This document shows positions 1-9,033 of a DNA stretch of 64,000 nt, in pieces. This DNA comes from a virus. The first letter of the stretch is position 1, and the number at the start of each line of letters is the position of its first letter. The position numbers and the translations under genes are program-made. Where the stretch lies: IMG/VR virus record IMGVR_UViG_3300009537_000002, positions 23,821-87,820 of that record. One strand, given 5' to 3'. Below the pieces are notes generated by a model. That model searched no databases. It was not told the DNA's origin and saw only the letters and a program-made list of their open reading frames with translations.

Positions 1-26
1 CTTATCGGTCACCTAGAGCTGCCTCC

Positions 27-2342
27 TTAGCCAAGTTTGATCTTGTAAGAATGGAGCGTAGGGGCTACCTCTGCGTCCTCTGTTATCAAATCCGCCCTGA
101 GTCTCAAGTACTTACGTAGCTCGTTAACCAGGTTAAATCTTAGCACAAAACGCTCATTCTGAAAATCTGGGTTGTTCTCGTCTATTTTGACAACAAAGAC
201 CCTGGTGGGATCATTGGTATCATTTGGTGTATCATGTGATTTTGGTGCATCTACGTCCAGAGCATACACGTCGTACCTGTCCGCTGCAACGTTGTTCACA
301 AGGTCGAAAATGCTGATACGACTCAGGGCGCTCTCTGCGAACACATCAGCACCAGCATAAATCTTCTCCTCTGTATCTGGGTAAGTGGAACCATAAGCAT
401 AACCTTCAATCAGGAGTTTGTGGTTGAATGGATAGAGAGGATCAGCAGCTTGAAGGGCTGCAAGAGAAGTCAGGTTTGGTGTCACCTCACGCCAGTTGTC
501 CTTATGCACCCTGATGGTATGTATCCCTCTGTCTCGATTAGAGTCACCTGGAATACCAGACTTACCAGTGAGAACACTATTGTCTACCAAATTAGAGTAG
601 GTCACATCATCGACAACGATGTTGCTGTCACCCACATCAATGGCCATGCCATCTGGATTTTGGATTTCAATCACACACACGTAGAAGGGATCCTCGAAAC
701 CCCACCCCCTCTGAACGTCACGGACTAGGTTGTCCACTACGTTTGGAGTGAAGCCTTTAGCTCCCACATTTCTGAAGACTATCATATTGTCCTCATCGAT
801 GTTGAGGGCTGTGCCCGGCGTGCCACTGTCTGAAGTCTTGATCTGATAATTCAAGATACGCTCATTGGAGTTACTGAATGCATACCGTGAAGTGGTAGTT
901 GCTGTACGGGTACCCTGAACAACAATACCTGTAGATGGATTTTTGCTGAGCACCGTAAAGATGCCACCAGGGTTCACAAAGTCTGTGTTGGTTGCTCGGC
1001 CATCATAGGAGACTTTGACTACCTCGCTGTCTACCGTATCGAGCTCGGTCTCTCCAATGATGTTCTCCAAGATATCTCCCACATTGATGATGAACGGATG
1101 AACTGGGTCAGCACGTTGCAGAGGAGAGATAGGAACCCAGGTGCCTCCGGTAGGATCAAGATCGGAGTCTAAGGGAAGAGCGGGGTCATTGCTGGCTGTG
1201 ACGAAATAGTTGATATCCGTGTTTTCCTCTACCCTCTCACACGTCTCGAGTGTCAACTTCTCAAACTCCTTGACTCCACCTTCAGGGAGAGCAATCGACA
1301 ACGGTGTAGAAATGAAGATACTAGGTGTCTCCACATCAAAGCCTTGTTCAAAAAACTGGATGTTCTTGAAGCCAAATTGATAGCTGAAGAAGTCGATACC
1401 ACTAGATGGATCCGGCCCTCTCTTGGTGAGGATGAATTTGACCCACTGTGCTTGCACCGTTGGGAATGAGAACACAGCTGTAGTTCTGGCCTCAAACGTG
1501 AATGTGTTTGTTGGCAGTTGATTGAAGTTCCTGTTGTCAGCAGAGTAAAGCGGCGTAATAAACACAGGACTGCTCTCCGAGGAGTCGTGGAGCTCAAGAA
1601 AGATCCTTGAAATGTCCACAGGTCCATCTGGGCTGAGCCGCACGGTGAGCTCACACGTCACAGGCTTCTGAGTCCGCATGTTAATGGTCGTCCACCATGT
1701 CTTAGACTCTTGATGGAAGATATTCGTGAGTGCACTCTTTACCGCATCTACACGAGAGATCTGATCGACGGTAGATCGTACTTTGAAGGTGACATCATCT
1801 ATACCATCGAGGTCGTTCAAGAATACCCGAGTCTCACCTGTATCCTCGTCTACTCCCATTTCCACTGTGGCTGATGATAGGTCAATCTCAGCAGTTGTAT
1901 TAGTCAGGTCTACAAAATTAGTATCGGTGAAGTTGTCGATAAGAATACTGTGATATCCTTCTGTGTCCTGAGTAAGCAGAAGAAGATTCTCAATGCGTTC
2001 CTCCAAATCGATAAGCCTCTTCTCAATACTGTTGGATTCAAGTCCCCAGCGTTCAAACGCTCGAGAGTTTACTTCGGCCAAACTGAGCAACTCCTTGTAG
2101 AGCACCCTGGTGTCTTGCCTGATAGCAAGAAACGTATTCTTGAAGAGCTCAGCAGATGAATTGTCCAACCGGTCAACCAGATAGGTTGACGCCAGAAACT
2201 GAGGTATACTCAAGTCCAAGGCGGCTAGCTCCGATTCAATCTGGTCTACCACGTCTTGTGCGGACACAGCAATCCCTCGAGACAACCTGTCTTTGATGAA
2301 GTCTTCAGTCAGCAGCTGTTGATATGTATTCTCGATGGCCAT
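27..2342 (-). CDS. Distal baseplate/structural protein, paralog 3 of a triad (N-terminal helical region, galactose-binding-like beta-sandwich)
   Basis: 771 aa ORF with TAATG overlap to the upstream gene. Shares a YQFGFKNI-type motif and a C-terminal PxLxxYxI-type motif with 2342..5584 and 5584..7680. Confidence 0.55.
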   Translation of the reverse strand: MAIENTYQQLLTEDFIKDRLSRGIAVSAQDVVDQIESELAALDLSIPQFLASTYLVDRLDNSSAELFKNTFLAIRQDTRVLYKELLSLAEVNSRAFERWGLESNSIEKRLIDLEERIENLLLLTQDTEGYHSILIDNFTDTNFVDLTNTTAEIDLSSATVEMGVDEDTGETRVFLNDLDGIDDVTFKVRSTVDQISRVDAVKSALTNIFHQESKTWWTTINMRTQKPVTCELTVRLSPDGPVDISRIFLELHDSSESSPVFITPLYSADNRNFNQLPTNTFTFEARTTAVFSFPTVQAQWVKFILTKRGPDPSSGIDFFSYQFGFKNIQFFEQGFDVETPSIFISTPLSIALPEGGVKEFEKLTLETCERVEENTDINYFVTASNDPALPLDSDLDPTGGTWVPISPLQRADPVHPFIINVGDILENIIGETELDTVDSEVVKVSYDGRATNTDFVNPGGIFTVLSKNPSTGIVVQGTRTATTTSRYAFSNSNERILNYQIKTSDSGTPGTALNIDEDNMIVFRNVGAKGFTPNVVDNLVRDVQRGWGFEDPFYVCVIEIQNPDGMAIDVGDSNIVVDDVTYSNLVDNSVLTGKSGIPGDSNRDRGIHTIRVHKDNWREVTPNLTSLAALQAADPLYPFNHKLLIEGYAYGSTYPDTEEKIYAGADVFAESALSRISIFDLVNNVAADRYDVYALDVDAPKSHDTPNDTNDPTRVFVVKIDENNPDFQNERFVLRFNLVNELRKYLRLRADLITEDAEVAPTLHSYKIKLG

Positions 2343-5300
2343 TAAACTACCGTACCCTTCGTAATTACCCTAAGAGCAAAATCTTTCAACACAGGAGAGA
2401 ACTTGGCTTGAAGGTCAGAGATGTCCTCTCTGGTCTCAGCAACATAGTCGTAGTTTACCAGATACAGAGGAGCTCTGTTATCCAGAGAGGCACGAGGTAA
2501 CTGAAGGTGTCTCAGCACTTCCTTGTCCAAAATGGTCACAGTTTGGTTAGTGACATCTACTTCGAAAGAGTCTAAATCAAGCTGGCGAGCAATACGATAC
2601 TCAGCACGATAGTCAGTGAACTGGAAGTTTGCTTCCATTGCAAATGCACCAGACCCGCCCGGATTGATTGACCTCTGAGTGTATATCTTACCCAACTTAT
2701 AGTCTACAGAGTAAAGACCGTTACCCGAGAAGGCAGGAGAAGCGAAAAAGTATGTCACTGTCCCAGGAGCAGACTGAGTGGTCGTTGTGTAAAAGTCCAC
2801 TTGACCATACGTTGGAGATAGCGCTACACGATCAATAGCATACTCCCCAGGAGCAGCAGGTGTACCACCTACCAGCGTGGCAAACAATGTGGTGTTAGAG
2901 AAGAATACTGGATGGTCAGTAGTCAGAGTAGAGATGTTTTCCTTCAACTGGAAGGTAGCTACATCGGCAGTTGGAACAAGATTAGTAGGAATAGACTCAG
3001 TGGTTTGCAAGAACTGTCCCCCTAGCTCCTCGGCTCCGTTAATAAAATCCACTTCCTTTACAAACGGATGATTTGGATCACCCATGTCCAAGTCAACACC
3101 ACTAACAGTTACCGACAGGTCCAAGGTTCCTTTAACCACAGACAGGTTGGGAAGATCCAACACCTTGAGACCGGCAGTAGTTGGTAGGGTCTGTTCACTG
3201 ACGGTGCTTGTGGCCCAGGCTCTCTCCTTGATAGTAACACTGTCACGAAGAATGTTGGTTGTGGCCCAATCCCAATCATCTACGGTCAGCTCTGTGACTG
3301 GTTGATACAAATAGGTCGCCGATGCATCCTCTGTGGCTGACAGAGGGGTAAATGTATAGACAATGCCCTCGTCGGTATCAATGGACCAGTCACCTGCGTC
3401 GATGAGCTCATCGCGTCCATTGACGAATGTTTTCGGAGAAGCGTCCATGCTCTGTGCCAACAGAGCTCTAGTAATGTCGCTAAAGTCAGTGATATTCTCT
3501 CTCTTGAGACGAATGACCGTAGCCTTCCGTGGAAATGTCTCGGTTTCTGACTTGATAGGATCGAACCGCTTGATAGCAAACGCATCCTTGTTGTTGCTGG
3601 TTGGGAAATCCAACTGAGCAATATGGTCGTCTTCTGTTTCAGAAGGGAAGAGTCTCTCAGCATCGAAGTAGACACCGATCGGCTGGTTGTCAGCTGGAGT
3701 CAGCGTGTTAGTGAGACTATCACCAAATTCGAGAACACCATTGTTAGGGTTGAAGGTATACAACTTAAAGTTTTGCAGGTTGTCAAAATCAATGGTAAAT
3801 GTACTCAAAGGAGCTGTCGCATGAGTCCATTCTTCACCACCCACCTCTACATGAATCCACTCGCTGGCCGGTACCTCCTCAGTTTGGTAGGCACCACCAC
3901 TCAGAACTTTCTTCACAGGTCGAGGAAAGTTTTTGAAAGGAAGCCTAAACCGTCTGGTGTCTAGCCCATCCTGAGCATGACCCACGATGTACTGAGCCTC
4001 ATCATCACCACGACTACCGAACATAGGATCGATCACATTGACAGTCTGGTCTACAGGATTACGCTCGAGGTCAATGGTGAAAGGTGAGGCCTGTGGCACA
4101 GGATGTAGCTCAGCTGCTTGAAGAACTCTTTTGTTCAGGGTAGATGAGCCCTCTTCGAATTGTTCGTCGTCGCGCTTGAACGAGGCCTTCAAACGAATCG
4201 CCTTGACTGGCACGGGAGTGACAATCTGGTCCTCATCTCCTGTGTTGAAGTCCAGAATCTCTCGAACAGAATCTACACCTGAAGGACCATCAAATTCCTT
4301 GGGCTGCAATTGATGCCAGCTTGCACCGTCATCTGGCGAGACAAAGTACTCAATGTTCGCCAGCTCAGACTGAGTAGTGGGGTTCTGGTTGGTTTCCAGT
4401 AACACCTTCTTGATCTCACGCAAAGATTCAAAGGGTACAGAGACAATCTCTCCTTCGTTCTCATAAGCGAAACAGCGGATGTCGATGTCACGAAGGCCGA
4501 TGGCATATCTTAGTCTCTCCCCTGATGGAGTGTTGATAAGGAATGGCTCAGTCTGTCTGAACACAAAGTGTACATACTTCACCTTGCGTGGGGTGAATGT
4601 GTAGAGGCCCTGGCCAGCAAACTTAGAAGTAGAGGGCGCAAGAGAGAAGATGTTCTCTTCATCCTGTGTGGTGAAACCAGCAACGGGTACGTCATCCTTA
4701 ATGGACGTGTATGCCTGACCGTCGATGCTGGTCTCAATCTCATCGATCTGAATGACAGTCTTAGTACCAAAGTTATTTGGGTTCACCCTAATGTGATTGA
4801 TAACCTTTTCTTCACCCAAGTTGATGGTGATATCCAACACCAGGGGTTCCTTGTCGTCAGCATTGCGAAGAACCACACGCTCGTATTCAAACCAGGTGTC
4901 GGGATTGTTGTCCAGCAGAACAGCCAGGTTGCCATTGAATGGCACACCAACCTCTTGGTTATTACCAATGGAACCATTGGAGTTTGGATTCACGATCGGA
5001 ATCTCTTTGACTACAATGATAGATTCTTGAGCATTATCTACCGGCAGAGTGACAATGCCTTCTGCCTGGTTGATCTCACACTCAGATGCATTCAACAGAC
5101 CACTATTCACGTCAACTTTAGACAGGTCGTTGAAACTGTCCTTGAAGAAGAACGCATCCTTAGACGGGTTCAAAGAGAAGAGAATGTAGTCACCTAGTTT
5201 TGAATCCACGGCCTTAAGCCTAGAGGTCAGCCTGTTGGACTCTGTAGTGATGAAATTGAAGTTCGACACAGTGAGGTCTTCGATGTTTTCGAGCTCGGCG

Positions 5301-5584
5301 AAGGTGGTTGTGAGATCATCCAACACCTGGGTCCAGATTTTGTTGTAGAGATCAGCATCAGGCAAATCATCTGTACGGACGGCCTCGATGAGCTCCTTGT
5401 CCAATTGTGGTTCCTGAAGATCTTTGTAGAACTCACGGATAATCCTAATGGCTTCAAAGATGTAGGCCTCTTGTGTCTGCAGAGTCTCGTTACCAAGCGC
5501 TCCCGACAGTGTGGCTGTCAGGCGCTCGAGCTTAGTCTTTAGTAGCTGACTCTTGTCTTCCAAGAGAAACTTGTTGCCAGTCAT
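2342..5584 (-). CDS. Large baseplate/structural protein, paralog 2 of the triad
   Basis: 1080 aa ORF. Discoidin-like segment LLDNNPDTWFE...ITINLGEEKVINHIRV...SIDGQAY; YAIGLRDI; a GVLEFGD wedge-like motif; C-terminal SPVLKDFAL. Confidence 0.55.
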   Translation of the reverse strand: MTGNKFLLEDKSQLLKTKLERLTATLSGALGNETLQTQEAYIFEAIRIIREFYKDLQEPQLDKELIEAVRTDDLPDADLYNKIWTQVLDDLTTTFAELENIEDLTVSNFNFITTESNRLTSRLKAVDSKLGDYILFSLNPSKDAFFFKDSFNDLSKVDVNSGLLNASECEINQAEGIVTLPVDNAQESIIVVKEIPIVNPNSNGSIGNNQEVGVPFNGNLAVLLDNNPDTWFEYERVVLRNADDKEPLVLDITINLGEEKVINHIRVNPNNFGTKTVIQIDEIETSIDGQAYTSIKDDVPVAGFTTQDEENIFSLAPSTSKFAGQGLYTFTPRKVKYVHFVFRQTEPFLINTPSGERLRYAIGLRDIDIRCFAYENEGEIVSVPFESLREIKKVLLETNQNPTTQSELANIEYFVSPDDGASWHQLQPKEFDGPSGVDSVREILDFNTGDEDQIVTPVPVKAIRLKASFKRDDEQFEEGSSTLNKRVLQAAELHPVPQASPFTIDLERNPVDQTVNVIDPMFGSRGDDEAQYIVGHAQDGLDTRRFRLPFKNFPRPVKKVLSGGAYQTEEVPASEWIHVEVGGEEWTHATAPLSTFTIDFDNLQNFKLYTFNPNNGVLEFGDSLTNTLTPADNQPIGVYFDAERLFPSETEDDHIAQLDFPTSNNKDAFAIKRFDPIKSETETFPRKATVIRLKRENITDFSDITRALLAQSMDASPKTFVNGRDELIDAGDWSIDTDEGIVYTFTPLSATEDASATYLYQPVTELTVDDWDWATTNILRDSVTIKERAWATSTVSEQTLPTTAGLKVLDLPNLSVVKGTLDLSVTVSGVDLDMGDPNHPFVKEVDFINGAEELGGQFLQTTESIPTNLVPTADVATFQLKENISTLTTDHPVFFSNTTLFATLVGGTPAAPGEYAIDRVALSPTYGQVDFYTTTTQSAPGTVTYFFASPAFSGNGLYSVDYKLGKIYTQRSINPGGSGAFAMEANFQFTDYRAEYRIARQLDLDSFEVDVTNQTVTILDKEVLRHLQLPRASLDNRAPLYLVNYDYVAETREDISDLQAKFSPVLKDFALRVITKGTVV

Positions 5585-7680
5585 TACACTTCCTCGAATT
5601 TGGTGAGATCTTTACAGGCACCCATGAGTGTATATTCCTCGACAGCGGGCGTCAAAGTAGCCTCTGCTGCATTTTGGCGTAAAATGATCACGAGGAAAAC
5701 ATTAGAGTCCTGATTGGCATCATCTTCACCAATACGATTCAAAATAACAATCTGACCAGCACACATCCTAGCAGAGAGATCACCCACAAGGTCAACAGTA
5801 TTCAGCCCACCGACTTGAGTGAACTCACTGAGGTTCTTTGGTAGCGCCTGGGTGCTGGAAGTTACTGGGTTATAGGAGATGGTAAAGATATCACCTGGAA
5901 GTCTATCAAGGATCTGCACCTTGAACTTCATCGGCGTCCCATTGCCAGGTGTCCGGTCTGCCACAGTGGATACATCCTGCCACCCATCAGAAGCTAAAGG
6001 GACACCTGTATTGTCTGTAATCAATACTCCATTACGATAGACCTTGATGTTACCATCGGTACGATTTGTGAAGAACATGGCTTCACCCAAATCGGGTTCA
6101 GACAAAGTGGTAGCGCTCTTACCTGTGAGCACGAGCCTTTCATGTTCAACTCTACCAACTTCCAAAGGCAAGACCGGGAAGGTAGTCGTCTGAAGCAATT
6201 GGCCCTCACTGTCAACATCTTGCTTAACCACCCAGTATTCAATGCTTCCTATAAAATAGGTATTGCTGGTTTCTCCCACCAATAGAGTACTGTCATCAGT
6301 CAAAGAAGTGTCGTTAGTAATGTCATACGTCGTACTGGTAAACTTCACATCCTGACCAAGACCTTCGAGATAAGGTCGAGATTCAAGGGTCCGAAGACCC
6401 AGTTCTCCAACGCCACAAACTTCCAACGGAGAAGAGATGTAGATGCTACGGTTCTGATGTTCTGTAAGTCCAACCCTTACATTATCAATACCGGTAGTAA
6501 AGTCATAGCCCTGGAACTCTTGTCTGGTACGTTGCTTGAGACCTAGCACTGCTTTGATTTTGGGAGACGCAATAGCCTCGTCTAGTTCCTTACTTAGACT
6601 GTCGGGTTTTGGCTCAACCTTCAGTGGAGGCTGATCAAGTGCCTGACCAAACAATGGTTGTACATCTTCATTGAATTGGAAGTTGGTCTTACAGGAGTTG
6701 TCGTTGCGAAAGGTGATAATGATTCTATCTGTGGCAATCTTGCGGAACCTAATACTAGCAGGTGCATCAATGAAACGTTCTGGGATACCCAGGTTGACGA
6801 CTGTGTTGTTGCCATCAACATAGCTGATATCCTCAACAACTATACCAAATTGAGCGGCTGGTTCGATTTCAATGATATTGATTTCACGTACTGTGCCGAG
6901 ATTCAGCTCGACCTTAACCTTCACGAACTCTTTCTTTTCAGAGAATAGCAAAGACTGAATCCAGTAAGTTCCTTGGGTGTCGTCGACTATATTACGCAAG
7001 TTGGTGCCAGCAGGTTCTACTATCAACTCACTTTGTGGCGATTCTGAATCAAAGATCTGACGGACATCGGCAACTGTATAGAAGGGACTCAGATCAGTTG
7101 CAAGAACCAACCTTTCGCCAATGAGCTCCACATCCGCGTCTTGTGACGTGGGAATTAACTCACCTAGCTCTCGAGGGTCACGGAAGAGGAGAGTTGCCTG
7201 TGTACCCTGCCGCTGTGTACGTTCATCTTTGGACTCTCTGAATGTAGAGAAGATAGCAGAGTCAAACCCCCTGGTATCTTTGTTAAGAAATTCGAAGAGA
7301 GTAATCTTGGAGTCTAGCTCGTTCACACCAGCGCGAAGGTTTTTCAGGATCACATCACGGACAATAGCCTCGTGGGAACGCTGAACCTCGTCGATGTTAT
7401 TGGCCTCTTCAAATCCAGCAGACAGATCATCTTCTACTCGATCGAGCATGAAGTTATATGTCTCAGAATCAATGTCCTCACCTTGCTCTGCCATCCAGTG
7501 TTTGAGAGAAGGGGTTAGTACAGTGGAGGTTAGATCGAACATCAGACCCTGAAGTTTCTGGGTAAACTCTTGAACTGAACGAATCTGTCCAGAGTTACGT
7601 TGCTGAGACAGGAGTTTGAGGATCTGCTCAGACTGTCTCTTGCCAATAGTGCCAGCAAATTTCTGAAGGTACTGTGCCAT
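5584..7680 (-). CDS. Baseplate/structural protein, paralog 1 of the triad
   Basis: 698 aa ORF. IVDDTQGTYW...ELNLGTVREINIIEI; FTTGIDNV; C-terminal TPAVEEYTL. Confidence 0.55.
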   Translation of the reverse strand: MAQYLQKFAGTIGKRQSEQILKLLSQQRNSGQIRSVQEFTQKLQGLMFDLTSTVLTPSLKHWMAEQGEDIDSETYNFMLDRVEDDLSAGFEEANNIDEVQRSHEAIVRDVILKNLRAGVNELDSKITLFEFLNKDTRGFDSAIFSTFRESKDERTQRQGTQATLLFRDPRELGELIPTSQDADVELIGERLVLATDLSPFYTVADVRQIFDSESPQSELIVEPAGTNLRNIVDDTQGTYWIQSLLFSEKKEFVKVKVELNLGTVREINIIEIEPAAQFGIVVEDISYVDGNNTVVNLGIPERFIDAPASIRFRKIATDRIIITFRNDNSCKTNFQFNEDVQPLFGQALDQPPLKVEPKPDSLSKELDEAIASPKIKAVLGLKQRTRQEFQGYDFTTGIDNVRVGLTEHQNRSIYISSPLEVCGVGELGLRTLESRPYLEGLGQDVKFTSTTYDITNDTSLTDDSTLLVGETSNTYFIGSIEYWVVKQDVDSEGQLLQTTTFPVLPLEVGRVEHERLVLTGKSATTLSEPDLGEAMFFTNRTDGNIKVYRNGVLITDNTGVPLASDGWQDVSTVADRTPGNGTPMKFKVQILDRLPGDIFTISYNPVTSSTQALPKNLSEFTQVGGLNTVDLVGDLSARMCAGQIVILNRIGEDDANQDSNVFLVIILRQNAAEATLTPAVEEYTLMGACKDLTKFEEV

Positions 7681-8126
7681 TACATTCCACCCGGCCTATC
7701 GACCACATCAAACACAGGTTGCTCACCAATTACCATTTCTAACTTCAGCCATTTCCCAGTCCATCTGGGATTCACATACTGCAAATGACTACATGGTTGA
7801 TGTTTGATTTCGAATCCTCCTACTGTAATTATCTTGTACTGTCGATGTCCATCCGAACACATGTACGTATCTAGATTACCAAACTTTCTGTACAGGGTTC
7901 TTCTCACCAACTTGCTGTTGTTATCCAAAAAATTGGTTTCGAATGTATCTGACTGCCAGTACTCACCTGGGCCCGCTAGTACAATTGTTTGATCATCATG
8001 ACATATCTCGACATGACTGATCCCTTCTAGTCTACCTCTACTCCAGCTAGCAAGCCTAGCCTCAACTTGGTGATCGAGACCAAGCTCGTGGGTTCCATCG
8101 ACAAAATGCTTCACCCACCCTCTCAT
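7680..8126 (-). CDS. Hypothetical protein
   Basis: 148 aa ORF in operon orientation, AAGGAAG RBS-like sequence upstream, abuts neighbours. Confidence 0.5.
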   Translation of the reverse strand: MRGWVKHFVDGTHELGLDHQVEARLASWSRGRLEGISHVEICHDDQTIVLAGPGEYWQSDTFETNFLDNNSKLVRRTLYRKFGNLDTYMCSDGHRQYKIITVGGFEIKHQPCSHLQYVNPRWTGKWLKLEMVIGEQPVFDVVDRPGGM

Positions 8127-8135
8127 GACACTTCC

Positions 8136-8684
8136 TTAAGATGTGTATGTGTAGCGCAAACGCTGATCGAACTGACGCACGCCAACAGTGCCTTCATCAG
8201 AAGGGATTTCGATACGTCCCTTGAATCTGACATTGGGTGAAGTGCCAGCTTGAACAGTCCCTGCCGCACCAGTTAGTCCCATCTGAGTAGCCAGTAGAAT
8301 CTTGTTCGCTTCAGAATCACCCACCCCAGTACGAAACACATTGTACGTGGTCCCAGACTTGTCACTAAAGGTAGGCCAGCTTCCCAAGAATCCGCCAGTG
8401 GCGTCCATATTCAGCTCATAGCCTCCAAATGCAGCGGCCGTTGCACCGTCTCCCCAGGCCAACAGCTCTGCTAAATCATTGGGGGCAGAACTACTGCCAC
8501 CATATGTACCAGACTTCTCGGCCATATAGAAACCACAATCAGTGATCTGATTGACACCATCATGACGCAGAAAGACCTCCTGTTCACTCAGAACAGACCC
8601 GCTGGTGTCTGATCCGTAATTCAAGGGTTCAGATATGGCGGCTCCACCATTCGTAGAACTCCATGTGATGTTGATAACAGGCAT
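8136..8684 (-). CDS. Putative virion structural protein (beta-rich)
   Basis: 182 aa Gly/Ser/Thr-rich ORF with AAGGAGG upstream of the ATG. Confidence 0.5.
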   Translation of the reverse strand: MPVINITWSSTNGGAAISEPLNYGSDTSGSVLSEQEVFLRHDGVNQITDCGFYMAEKSGTYGGSSSAPNDLAELLAWGDGATAAAFGGYELNMDATGGFLGSWPTFSDKSGTTYNVFRTGVGDSEANKILLATQMGLTGAAGTVQAGTSPNVRFKGRIEIPSDEGTVGVRQFDQRLRYTYTS

Positions 8685-8706
8685 TATTGGCCTCCTTACG
8701 ATTCTA

Positions 8707-9033
8707 TCATACTACAGTAAACTGCATCTCCAAGGCATTGTTAGTAGTAATTTTTGGTGAAAACGTTCTGGCTCCAATGGGTTTCACGGGCCTTGTGCTT
8801 TGGTCAGCAGCACCGGACGTCGTCGGCCCAAGTGGTTGAGAGATCAAGGGAACAAAGTTTCCCTGGGAGTCTAAGGTGCCACCTACGATGCTCACATAAT
8901 AGAGCGTGTCGCTCTTTAAGCCAGTAATTGTATAGGTTTGCAATCCGTCTACTCTGTCGAGAGGCATTGCATTAGCAAGAATCCACGGTCCATCCTGGGT
9001 AGTAGCATAGTAGATATTGAACTTAGTACTCAT
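8707..9033 (-). CDS. Fibronectin type III-like protein lacking its first strand
   Basis: FNIYY...YTITGLKSDTLYYVSIV matches the FN3 pattern. ATG at 9033 has GGAG upstream and overlaps the end of 9023..10978. Confidence 0.6.
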   Translation of the reverse strand: MSTKFNIYYATTQDGPWILANAMPLDRVDGLQTYTITGLKSDTLYYVSIVGGTLDSQGNFVPLISQPLGPTTSGAADQSTRPVKPIGARTFSPKITTNNALEMQFTVV

